From positions 72,346 through 136,345 of the forward strand of contig NIVC01001566.1 of NCBI GenBank assembly GCA_002269645.1: a stretch of 64,000 nucleotides of DNA, in the 5' to 3' direction. Below, piece by piece: positions 37,760 through 48,953 of this stretch. Every line of letters begins with the position of its first letter. The stretch's first letter is position 1. Origin of the DNA: Macrostomum lignano (lineage: Eukaryota). A model generated the notes under the pieces. That model did not search any database and had not been told where the DNA came from. It saw only the letters and a program-made list of their open reading frames with translations. The position numbers were made by a program, and so were the translations under genes.

Positions 37760-38760
37760 CTAGTGACCATCTAAATCCGGTGTAGTATTTTTCTCCATGT
37801 CCAGTACCTTGGTTACGGCGTCGCTGCACTTCTTTAGCACCTTGTCACGTCTGATTGAGAGATATCGGCGAACGGTTTTTTCGCACTTCTGGCCAGTTAT
37901 CGCCATGATGTCGGCCATGGAATGTCCAGCTGCTTCTAAGTCGCACACCCTGCTGACTCTAAAATATTGGGCAAACGGTATTACACAATTGTAAGCATCT
38001 TGAGGCATTGCCTAAAGGCTAAATTAAGCTACACCTTTGGCAAAGGAGATTTACCTGATGCAGTGGTTGGTGTAAACTTTGGATAGCTTGGCCTTCCCAC
38101 TCAGCGTCTTCATAAAGTTGTTGAGATAGTTTACGCCTCTCTTCTGCTTAGCACAAAACCGCCGTGCTCCAGTCGGCGAATTTCTTAGCGGTCTTGGGAA
38201 CAGAGAATTAATTGTCCTTCGTTTCACCAGGCAGGAGAGACAAATACTCATCTAATTGCTGTGTCAAATATCCTGGCCTGCTTGATTTCGACGTCTCTTT
38301 TGGCTTTCGCCGGATCAGCTGTCCTGTTCTTGGTCTTCGACAATGATAGTGCGTAGTACATCCTTCCGTCTGAGTCGCTTTTCTTCTCTAACCAATCCTT
38401 TGTCTCCAAGCTCGCAAGGTGCTCTGTGCCTCGTTCTCCCAGTCCGTACAGCAGCCGAAACAGCATCTCGTCCTGTATAACTTCGGCAGTTGAGCGGTCA
38501 AAGTAAAGACGCAGCTTTTGCATGTCTCCTTCCTCAATTGGAGGAAATGGTCGAACCTGACCTCCTGAGGATTGCCACTCACGGACTTTGAACCGCAGTA
38601 GACGATTAGCTCCGGAAAATTCTTCTCCGCTAAGAATGTTAATGTTGAGTCCCGCAATCATTGTCAAATAGCGTTGGATTCCAGCACGTATGCAGACTAT
38701 ACGCGCACTCGTGATCTAGGCGTTGCTGAATTTAGCACACTCGTGCCCCCACCCATTATC
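37760..38760 (-). pseudogene. Crypton-like (DUF3504-type) tyrosine recombinase, decayed, with a 96-bp spliceosomal intron
   Basis: Motifs IRAGIQRYL...INILSGEEF, GERGTEHL, NSLFPRP and YTNHCIR|VSRVCDLEAAGHS...IMAITGQK...RRY. A GT-AG intron at 38054-37959 restores the HxxR motif. Two frameshifts near 38210-38255 and an in-frame stop near 38717. Confidence 0.8.
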
Positions 38761-39519
38761 CTGAGTTCCGACCTTCGTCTAACCACCCATTGATTGAATC
38801 TTGAATGTTTCAATCCAAAAAATAGAATCAATTCACGTTGGTGACAATTAATTTTTAAGACAAGAAAAGCGCTTTGTAAAAACACCATTCCCCTATCCAG
38901 TGGTATGATACATAATGCGCGTAACACGTTATATTTCCCATAAAGATGTGATCATGTGCCTTGGTTTACGTCCCACGCCCACAGGCCAACACTAACTCGT
39001 ATAATGCGTTTTGTAAAATTTTGTAAAATTTTGTATAGTCTGGAAAATTATGTCATTGATTTTTCACGTGCTTGTCCTTTATAAAATAAAACTTGTTTTT
39101 TTGCTGATGAATTCTTATCATGCTTTTAGGTCAACAAGAGTCAAAATTTGCAGTTATAACTTGCAAATGCTGAAAATGCAATGCAAACCTACGTCTGCTG
39201 CCCTTATAGGCAGAACCGCAAAATTCAACTATATTCTTACTGCAGAATTTGCTGAGTCACGCTCAACCCTCTGAAGCTCTTTCAGTGCCGGTGTGGAATT
39301 CCCTTTTCAGTGTACATTTATCGTTGTACACTGATGGACTGCCGCTATTGGCTGGCCGCGACAAGCCCCGCACCCCAAAAGATAGACAAACTCTGCCCCC
39401 AAACTTTCAGTATTCAGTCTACCCCGCGAAAAGCTCTCTGCCTAAATTAGGACCATAGCTCGCGAACTGTTAAAGCATTTCTCTCGTTTCGCCAAACAAG
39501 CTTTGCAAGTTGCTAAATC

Positions 39520-39810
39520 ATGCCAGGACCCGCTGCCAGTGCCACGTCTGTCGGTGCAGGACGGACCCCGTCGAAGGCCGTGTCGCCGCGAGGTGCCGCC
39601 GGCGGCGGCGTAAGACAGCGCAAATCTACTGGCAGTTCAACGGCCACGTCAACCAGGCGATCAACGCAGAACAATGCCAGCATGTGGCGCTTCTACACCG
39701 AGGACTCGCCTGGCATCAAGGTCGGCCCCGTCCCAGTCCTAGTCATGAGCCTGCTATTCATTGCCAGCGTCTTCATGCTGCACATCTGGGGCAAGTATAC
39801 CAGGGCTTAA
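39520..39810 (+). CDS. SEC61B: Protein transport protein Sec61 subunit beta, single exon, 96 aa
   Basis: [41 protein letters not shown] matches the highly conserved Sec61-beta C-terminus. Confidence 0.97.
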   Translation: MPGPAASATSVGAGRTPSKAVSPRGAAGGGVRQRKSTGSSTATSTRRSTQNNASMWRFYTEDSPGIKVGPVPVLVMSLLFIASVFMLHIWGKYTRA

Positions 39811-40607
39811 TTTGGCGCAATCATTCATCATTAATGATCTGCAATTCAGCGGCAGGGGTTACCTGGTTGCGTCAACTTGGTTACCTGACTTGGTTAGTTT
39901 CTCGCGGATGTTGACTATTTTAACAATGCTTTAGTAAAAATTTCTTGTTGTTGCATTAGCCATTGCTGAGCTCACACTTACTCAAATTTTCTGAAAGCAT
40001 ATTCTATGAACTGATTTGCATTCATTTCTCGAAATTGTTTTGTTTCTGCTCTGCCTCTGAGACTGACTCTGTTATATTCATGCAAAACAATGTGGGCTTT
40101 GTTGAGCTGAGTTCCTTCTTTGTAATAAATAGGAATTTTAATAAGTCTATTCTAAACTAAATGCCCCACCATTGGCATTAGCCTCTTTAAGTTAAGACCA
40201 TTATTAAAGTACATTACATTTACAAAATCAATTTATTCTTATAAAATTCCTATTATGGTCTGTGTCACTGTGTTCCAAATATAGTCCAAGTAAAGCCATT
40301 AACTTTTAATATTTAATGTACTAATAAGTCAATAAAAACATCTTGTAAGCCAAGGTAAATTATAAGTTTTGACTGTTAAAATTATTGCACTATTTGCTCT
40401 TTAAATTTACCCTAGAACTGTTGACTATGTTAATGAGCTGTCTTATTCACTATCTTGTACAAACAGAAGTACATGAATAAATTATACTTAATTAGCAGTG
40501 AACTATTAAACTATAAAGTACATTCATCATATTGATCTTTCATTTGTTTTCATTTACTTATTTAAATGCTTATCAAGTAATAAAAATCTGTTTTTCTCAA
40601 TACAGAT

Positions 40608-40990
40608 TCTTTTACCTTCCAGAGAATCCCCTTCTACCTTATAGAGAATCCCCTTTTACCCTGTAGAGAATACTCTTCTACCCTGTAGAGAATCCCCATT
40701 TACTCTGTAGAGAATCCCCCTTTACCCTGTAAAGAATCCCCTTCTACCCTATAGAGAATCCCCTTTGACCTTGTAGAGAATCCCCCTTTACCCTGTAGAG
40801 AATCCCCCTTTACCCTGTAGAGAATCCCCCTTTACCGTGTAGAGAATCCCCCTTTACCCTGTAGATAATCCCCCTTTACCCTGTAGAGAATCCCCCTTTA
40901 CCCTGTAGAGAATCCCCCTTTACCCTGTAGATCAGAGAACCATCTTTGACCATGTAGAGAGATCTCTTTTACCCTGTTGTGAATCCACTT
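40608..40990. repeat. Tandem minisatellite, 22-bp unit
   Basis: TAGAGAATCCCCCTTTACCCTG, period 22 (40801/40823), about 17 copies, degenerate at the edges. Confidence 0.93.
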
Positions 40991-41619
40991 TTACCATACC
41001 ATGTACAGAATCCCCTTGAATAATTCATGAAGATAGTCCTTCTTTTACCCAGTCTATAGTATCTCTATACCCTGGACAATCTCCCTTATCCATTCGAGTC
41101 AAGAATCTTTTTTTGTATGCATTAGAGACTTTCATCACGCAACTATAACATCGCTATTGCATAGAAAGTTAGAAAAAAGTTATAGCATATATTTTCGCTC
41201 CTCCTACTGAACAGTAGTGATAGTGGGCTGCTACAAATTTTACGAGCAAACAAACATTTTCGTGTTGAAAATAAACATGTAAACTTTGAAAAAATATAGC
41301 TGAACATACAGTACTCTTGTGAAATGCAATGTGTGTGCATGTGCGAGCTTATGGATCTGAATGCAGTACATGCACATCACATAAACCGCAACATAATGCA
41401 GGTTGTTGCTTGTAAGCTTGTGTAACTTTAATAGCACGCAGCAAATAGTTCTTTGACAAAAACTATGGACTTTACTAATCACAATAATTCCGATGAACTT
41501 AATCCTAAAAGAACCAATTTGATCAATGGGAGCATCTCCGCTTGCATGTACTTTTACTTGCATACTGTACCGGTACATGTAGACAACAACAACAAAATAC
41601 GTTGTCAGCCGGTCAAGCG

Positions 41620-44150
41620 AGAGTCAGTCATGAGAGGAAAGGGCAGAGTCACAGAGCACGTTTCAGGGCCTAGGCGTAAACGTTAGGCCGCACCACCGGC
41701 AGTGTCCGGGGCGTCGGCATCAGCCAGCAGGCAGTCGACGAAATGCCCAGTGCACGCTCCTGTCCCCGCTTACCTGCACCGTCTGCGGACAGTAAGACGA
41801 CTCGGCGCGGATGATACCGCCTGCCAGCTGGAATCGCCGACGGCGCAACAGTTCGCTGGGAATTGGGATAGGCTGGTGCGGCGATAGAGTGCCGCATTGG
41901 TGAGGTGCTCGCTGGGACTGCAGGACAGCCCTCACAGAACGGAAAGCAGCCCAGGCAAGTCTGCGGCGACTTCACAGATCCTCGGGAACGTCAGGGCACC
42001 AGACCGCCGAGGAAATTAAAACGAACTGCTGACAGTAAGTGTGGAAGCTTCCTCACCTTCGGGAAACCATCAGCGTCTCAGCAGAAAATCGCAGCCTCGA
42101 TGTCTATAGCTGGCGCGCGCAAAGCACGACGGTCTTCTGAGTGTTGAACCACCAGGCCGACGATCGCCGCAAAGCTTACCCTGCCTGTCTAGCTGGCGCT
42201 GGGCGCCCTCGACGGTCGAGGACAGCAGGGCGAGATCATCAGCGTAGCCACGCACGCTATAAGCCGCCTCTCTGGTTGGCGTCAACCCACGCGTCTCTGC
42301 AGCAGGAATAGGTCGTCGTCATCAGAGGGAAGAGTGGTCCACAGCTCTTCAAGGCCGTCCGGTGTCAACAGAACCCATGCAGTCAAGCACCAGGAAGAAC
42401 AGGAGCGGCCCAAGCGCAGCTCCTTGAAGCACCTCAGAGGATGTCTCAAAGACATCCGACAGGCCGTCCGGTGTCAACATGCAGCAGCGCTCCGTGTCAT
42501 GATATTGCGCCATGACGGCGGAAATCAGCTGCTCTGGTACGTTGTACGCACAAATCACCATTGGGAGCACGGCCCTCACAACCGAGTCAAAAGCCTTTCC
42601 CGAAGTCAATAAAGAGAGCAATAGGGTTCGACTGCGCTTAATTCCTCGATGATTTGGCGAAGAGCCAGGATCTGCGCCACTGTGCCGCGATGGTGCCGGA
42701 ACCCGTTCTGCTCAGGCCGCAAATACGGATCCAGCTGCAACCGCGATACCAGCATCCGATTAAACAGCTTCGGAGCGCAGGACTGCAGGCGGATGCCTTG
42801 GTGCTCTTCAAGCCGTGTGGTGTCCGGCGTCTTCAGAATAGCGACGATTTTCGCCGTGGTCCACTTTTTGGGTGTTGCCTCACCGAAAAGCACTAGGTTC
42901 ATCACACTGGCGACCTCGCTGGCCACACAGTGGAGTCGCAGCACCTTGATGTTTACCTCGTCCGGACCCAGCGCTTTTGCCGCCCGGAGTCTTTAGGGCG
43001 AGCATCACAACGTCGGATGTGTTGGCTGGGGCTACGCTCGTACATTGAAGCTCTTCTCTGCTGGCAAAAGCAGCTTCAGATCGCTTGGCAGCGCGGAGGC
43101 GGCGGCGAGTTGACAATGGCGGCGAAGGACTCGCGCAGCACATTTCTGTGCTCATCCGGAGTGTCGCCAGCCAGATTGAGCGGGATGTGCCAGAGCCTCC
43201 TCCGCCTCGCGAGTTGGCCGAGTGCTCAGACGGAGCAGCTCTCCAGCTCTGCCCTCGATTTCTGAATCGCAGGGTTCTCCTGTCTGGCCGGCTGCCTACG
43301 TTCGGCCGGTCGCATCAGCGGAACTGCTTGCTTCGTCGCGGCTCTAACCGCGGAACAATTACCTCCGTGCAGTCGGCGCGCCCGCACCTGTCGCCAAGCG
43401 CGCTGACAAAGGCGCTAGCAAAATAACTACGCGTCTGGGTGTCCTTGAGTGCATGCACGGTAGTAGCGCCGCGGTTGCCACTTCGGCGGACGGTAGAGCA
43501 GATCACATACACACAGAATGAAGACGTGGAGCCGATGGTCGGACCAGAGAGCTAGCATGCGTGATGGTGCGGCTGTCGACGGCGCGGCGGGGCTCGCGAA
43601 GACGCACAAGCACGTAATTGAGCTGTGCCTGCCTCCGCGTCGCATTTCATTGCCCCGCTTGCAGCCCACGAGGGTCGCGAGCCTGCCGGGTGGCTTGCAG
43701 AAGTGGGTGTTGGCCGACACTATGTCCTGCCTCTCCAGGAAGTCCCCCAGCGCTCCGGTGATGTCGTTCTCGCCCGGTGTCACCAACAGCGACCTCTCAG
43801 ACCTACGCAAAACTGCGTTCAGGTCTGAATGGACGATCATTGTGTTCACGCTGCGCCGTCTCCTTCCCCTGCGCTGCGCCGCGCCCAGGTCCTCACAATG
43901 AATTCCCGGGTCGGCCCTGATGGACACCTCAATTGCAGTGCGATAACGTTCGCAGCTTAAGTCAAGCGCTACCATATGTAGCTGCGCCAGCAGCCCTCTC
44001 CACCAAAGCGGCCTTGAGAGTGCGGCAGTTCAGCGTCCCGAACTGAAGTGTGCCCTGTGGTACGGTTCAGCCTCATGTTCCCTGGCGCCATCCAGAATAT
44101 CCGCATGGGCCAGCAGCAACTCGGCGGGCAGCACCTTGCCGACCTCGTCA
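41620..44150 (-). mobile_element. Degenerate RTE-like non-LTR retrotransposon (APE endonuclease + RT), boundaries approximate
   Basis: FGTLNCRTL, SANTHFCKP, KLFNRML, EQNGFR...QILALRQIIEE, KAFDSV, VLQG and YADDLALL, spread over several frames with many frameshifts. Confidence 0.85.
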
Positions 44151-44469
44151 GTGCAAATAGAAGTTTACAACATACTTACTTATAGAGTAAGTCTGGAACA
44201 TAGACTATTGTCATGTAAAGGTAACGTGAAGGAGTCCTCAAGTATGCTCTTAAAGCCAAACATTATAACCTCTCTCTCACACTAGTGAAGGAACAGAAAA
44301 AGGAAAAAATCCCCAAGATCCCCTAGGAACTTTGGCTTAAAGTAAGCCACTCTGGGGCGAGTCTAATGACTCTTTCGGGACCGTATAACCCGTATAAAAC
44401 GAAACGGTCACAAAAAGGGGCTGTTACCGTGTTTTTTACCGTTACGGTCACCAGTTACCATTTTTTACC

Positions 44470-45155
44470 GTATTTGTGACTGTTTAGTTCAGGGTCACCA
44501 GGTGACTGTTCAATGTTACCGTACTTTGTGACCGTTTTGTTTAGGGTAACCCTGTGACTGTTCATAGTTACCGTATTTTGTGACCGTTTTGTTTAGGGTC
44601 ACATGTTACCGATCAATGTTACCGTATTTTGTGACCGTTTTGTTTAGGGTAACCATGTGACCGTTCAATGTGACCGTATTTTGTGACCGTTTGTTCAGGG
44701 TCACATGTTACCGATCAATGTAACCGTATTTTGTGACCGTTTTGTTTAGGGTAACCATGTGACCGTTCAATGTGACCGTATTTTGTGACCGTTTTGTTTA
44801 GGGTCACATGTTACCGATCAATGTGACCGTATTTTGTGACCGTTTTGTTTAGGGTAACCATGTGACCGTTCAATGTGACCGTATTTTGTGACCGTTTGTT
44901 CAGGGTCACATGTTACCGATCAATGTGACCGTATTTTGTGACCGTTTGTTTAGGGTCACATGTTACCGATCAATGTGACCGTATTTTGTGACCGTTTTGT
45001 TTAGGGTCACATGTTACCGATCAATGTGACCGTATTTTGTGACAGTTTTGTTTAGGGTCACATGTTACCGATCAATGTGACCGTATTTTGTGACCGTTTT
45101 GTTTAGGGTAACCATGTTACCGATCAATGTTACCGTATTTTGTGACCGTTTTGTT
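44470..45155. repeat. Left subterminal tandem array, 50-51 bp unit built from GTGACCG/GTTACCG motifs
   Basis: GTGACCGTATTTTGTGACCGTTTTGTTTAGGGTCACATGTTACCGATCAAT repeated about 13 times. Confidence 0.95.
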
Positions 45156-45532
45156 CTGTTGTGGAGTTTACTACTTGTCGCTTTCTACCAACTGTTGTCG
45201 TCTTCACTGCATAATAGGCTGCTACTATGTTGCTTAATTTGAGTGCGGCGTGACGCACGTGTTATTGTTGCCTGAATTTTTACTTTACAATTTTACAGAG
45301 TAGCCTCTCCTGAAATAGGTCACATGGATACCCAGTTATATATAGTTAGGTATGGACAAGTGATAGTTATGAATAGGGAAGCAAATTTATTACCTATGCC
45401 CAGGGATACGTTCTCTTTCAAATCAGTATATAAGGAGAAGTGACGGTAACCCACGAAGCAACTGACTAATTTCTCATGAACGTTTGCCACTTTTGCAGAG
45501 GATAAGAATCATTAAGAACAAAAATCTCTATC

Positions 45533-46652
45533 ATGGAAGACCAGCAACGCCGCGCCATTATGAATCGTTTAAGAGTGAAACGATTTCGAGAACGCAAGAC
45601 AGTGCAGCTTCTATTTCAAAGGCGACAACAGTGGTTGCAATCTGGAACGACTGCAATGGGCGCCGCCATTGGAAATCCACAGACGAATCGTGGTAATAAG
45701 CGCCGTCATCCAGACGACGACATCGGTAGCGAAGGTACTCCACAACCGCCATCTACCGGCGAAGCTACTTCACAACCGCCATCTACCGGCGAAGCCTCCA
45801 CCAGCGAAACTGCCAGTGAAGCCGGCGATGCCAGCGAAGCTACCGAAAGCTCTGCCAGCGAAACTGCCAGTGAAGCCGGCGATGCCAGCGAAGCTACCGA
45901 AAGCTCTGCCAGCGAAACTGCCAGTGAAGCCGGCGATGCCAGCGAAGCTACCGAAAGCTCTGCCAGCGAAACTGCCAGTGAAGCCGGCGATGCCAGCAAA
46001 GCTACCGAAAGCTCTGCCAGCGAAACTGCCAGTGAAGCCGGCGATGCCAGCGAAGCTACCGAAAGCTCTGCCAGCCAAGCACCTAGCGACGATGCCGAAT
46101 ACAGCGATGACGGTGACGGCGATGATTATGATTCAGACGACGCTAAACTGCGTAACTTTTGCCAGTTGGCCGCCTATCCTGGCGCTACTGTCCGGCGCAG
46201 CAAATAGTGCGGCATCGGTTTGTCCATCGTGTGCACCACTGTGCGCCAATGGCTTTAACTGGCCAGCAGCCTGGATCGACATGGCGTCAGACAAAGCTGC
46301 AGAAAAAGCTGTGGTGGTCGACATGCTGCAGCGAGTGGCCAAGCAGCTACCGGCACGGGCCGAGGAGCCCAGCAAGATACACCGCTGCCGCATTGTCATC
46401 ACGACAATGATTGCGTACCTGGCGCAACAAAGATCAAAAGGCGCCAGCCATGGTGACACGCCCGCTGAGGCGCAAAAGGCAATGGCCAACTGCCTGCGCA
46501 TGATGTGCGATCGATATGGCCAAACTGTACTGGAGTCCGGCGAGGCGGTGCAACGGTCCGCCAACGGGCCGCCGGTCGCCGTAGTGTACGGCAAAGCGGC
46601 GTGGTTTCGCGAGATGTCTCGGGCGGAGGCCAGCTTTTGGAAGGCCGCCTAG
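45533..46652 (+). CDS. Cargo ORF A: basic N-terminus, 54-bp Ser/Ala/Glu repeats and acidic tract; possibly spliced or frameshifted into a second helical segment
   Basis: ORF 45533-46207 (RVKRFRERK, five ASETASEAGDASEATESS-type repeats). A protein-like continuation (MASDKAAEK...FWKAA) ends at 46652 in another frame. TATATAAG lies at about 45427. Confidence 0.55.
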
Positions 46653-47742
46653 ACCGCCCGCGTCGTGCCGGAGCCCGAGCCGCTGTCCGCTCGCCGTTAT
46701 AGGCCGCGTGGTGGTCGCTCTACCCGCCTGCGGCGATTGTTCACCGCCATGGCTGCACTACTGCATAGCCGACCGGTCTGCGCCTTCGGCATGGCGGACG
46801 CCACTTTGGCAATTTTACTGCAGTATTGGGACATGTCCAGTTAGACCTATATAGGTGAAATTTCAAAGAGCATCCGAGGTGTGGCCAAAAGTTAACGAGA
46901 ATGTAGAATTGAACGTCTCGAATATTAAACTTAAAAAACAAAATAATTGCCTAGAATAGTAGCATCATCTCTATAATACACTTCATGAAACAGCCATTGG
47001 CTTTTTAATTAAATAATACATCGTAAATAGTAATAATAAATAAAATTAAATAAATGAATAAAATAATATTAGTAAATAGTAAATAGTACTTAAATAGTTC
47101 CAACTGTTCAATAACACATTCACGTTACACTTTTGGCCACGTCTCGTAGTTTAACGGCCAGCCAACACAGCTGCATTTATTTTGCCAGCGCCATTTATTT
47201 TGGCGATGACGCATTAATGCGCAGATATTTTTCTACCGCTGCCGCTTGACAGTCTACGCCTGTTAAGTCGTCAGCGTATGTTATTTATATATATGGCCAT
47301 ATATGGCAATGACGCATTAATGCGCAAATATTTTTCTTCCACAGCTTTTATTGTTCTTTCACACTATGTTCTTCCAATTATTAACCTAAGTAGTACTAAT
47401 ACTACCGTGTATGTACTGTGTGTTGCAATTAATATTCATAATTCTACTACTACTACTAATAATAATACATATAGCCCGGTGGCCGCAAGGTTGCTGCAAG
47501 TTATGCGGCGCCTATTTTGGTCAATTCTTTACTATTACTCTGGTCACAGCTGCAGTGTGTGTGTGTGTTGCCTCCTTTGGAGTAACTAATATAAGCGTAC
47601 AGGAAATATGCAGACTCTTCCCTATAGCCCGTTTGCGTACGCAGCTGTTGCTTTCATTCTGATCTGAAGCTTCAAAATTTTAAACTTTTTGCATCTTAAC
47701 GCCTTGCAGCTCCGTACCTGTCCGAGTTTCTTCCCATCGTCG

Positions 47743-48537
47743 ATGTCGGATCACTGGTCTCACGCCGCAACATGCGAAATCTGCAAAGCGCTGGTTCACG
47801 AGAACTGGGCCTTGAGAGCGGAGGTGGAGCGCCTGCGTAGCGGACGACCGGGTTCGCCTGTGTTCGATACCAGCCGCAACGTGCGCTTCCATCGGGCTAT
47901 CGTGCGTTCAGATGTAGTGCCCAGCACTCAAGTGACAAAGTCCGCATGGCCGTTCAAGGACACTCGCTACAGCGATATTGCCGCCAACCAGGCGCGTGAC
48001 TGTGCGCAAGTCTGCGAATCGGAGACTATGGGCCCCGAGAGTCTGCATCACTGGTACGCCGACAACCAGGCGAGTCGGCGTCAGCTGAATCAGCCGGCCG
48101 CGCAGCTGGACAGTGAGGATGAGCAGCAGTCGCGTGACGGGCCTTTGGCAATGTCCACTGAAGCCATTCAAACCGGACCGGCTCAAATGGTGTTGTCGGA
48201 CAGTTTCATAGCAGACTATAACCGACTGCCTGAGGCGAGGATTCCGCAAAACTGCGTTTTTAAGGCTCGAAAGCGGGATGAGCGCATGCAGCTCGAAGCG
48301 CACTGCTGCGTTCAATGCGAGGGTTGGTTTGCCAACCTATCGCCGGAGACGAAGAGGAAACGCCTGCAGGCGGCTGGCCGTCATCGGTCCAACCAACCGA
48401 GGCCAAACTACGACCCCAATTTTTTCCGCATAGAAATGCCGGACACACCCCCAGAGGCACCAATCGATGCGATGAAAGTTGGTAAGCGTCGTCGCAAACC
48501 TCTACAACTAAGAGGTCCGGAACCTCGCAATAATTAG
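47743..48537 (+). CDS. Cargo ORF B: mini CtIP/Sae2-like protein, 264 aa from the first ATG
   Basis: RKRDERMQLEAHCCVQCEGWFANLSPETKRKRLQAAGRHRSNQPRPNYDPNFFRIEMPDT aligns without gaps to the CtIP C-terminal domain as recalled ([21 protein letters not shown]...[25 protein letters not shown]). N-terminal CxxC plus short coiled coil. Confidence 0.8.
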   Translation: MSDHWSHAATCEICKALVHENWALRAEVERLRSGRPGSPVFDTSRNVRFHRAIVRSDVVPSTQVTKSAWPFKDTRYSDIAANQARDCAQVCESETMGPESLHHWYADNQASRRQLNQPAAQLDSEDEQQSRDGPLAMSTEAIQTGPAQMVLSDSFIADYNRLPEARIPQNCVFKARKRDERMQLEAHCCVQCEGWFANLSPETKRKRLQAAGRHRSNQPRPNYDPNFFRIEMPDTPPEAPIDAMKVGKRRRKPLQLRGPEPRNN

Positions 48538-48953
48538 ACAAATAAAGTGATGAAGGACTGCGCTACATCACTAAATTTCTAACCGTACTTAAAAACCGCA
48601 CGTCTGCTATGTGTTTTGGTATAAAACTTTTTCTCGCTCACGACTGCGCTACATCACTAAATTATTACTAACGGTATTTTAAACCGTCCGACATACGTCT
48701 GTCAAGCCGTTGTTCCATTCATTTCAAATGTACCATTGATCACCTTTAATCTTAGTACCTTGTGTAAAACACGGACTAACACTAAACTATAGTTAAACTA
48801 AACTAAACTAGCTAGTACTAGTACCTGCACGCTAAACACGGACTAACACTAAACTAGCAGCTGCACGTTTTTTCTACTATATCTGTACTTTGTAACACTC
48901 AGATTAAACTACATCCTCATTTGCAGCACTGCAGTATTACAATAGAAACCAAA

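Larger units (their letters stand above)
17070..37763 (+). mobile_element. Head-to-tail tandem array of non-autonomous Helitron-like elements (left boundary uncertain)
   Basis: A recurrent 3'-type end (hairpin CTCCTCC-GAA-GGAGGAG then CTCG) is joined directly to a 5'-type end (TC...TACTAAA) at 18980, 21460, 24172 (CTCG eroded), 26811, 28577 and 32045 (hairpin missing). A final hairpin CTCCCC-AAC-GGGGGG plus CTAG lies at 37760-37763, followed by T. No Rep/helicase ORF. Confidence 0.75.

Noticed and set aside
44118-44152. Hammerhead ribozyme at the RTE 5' end (CTGACGAG on the minus strand followed by a stem)
   Set aside because: The stem is not followed by the required GAAA core, and I could not build stems I and III by eye. 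An Infernal search would be decisive.
45669-46150. PAKLPVKPAM repeat portion of the 327-aa ORF
   Set aside because: Alternative frame of the 54-bp repeat, with a non-ATG start. Only its C-terminal part looks coding.
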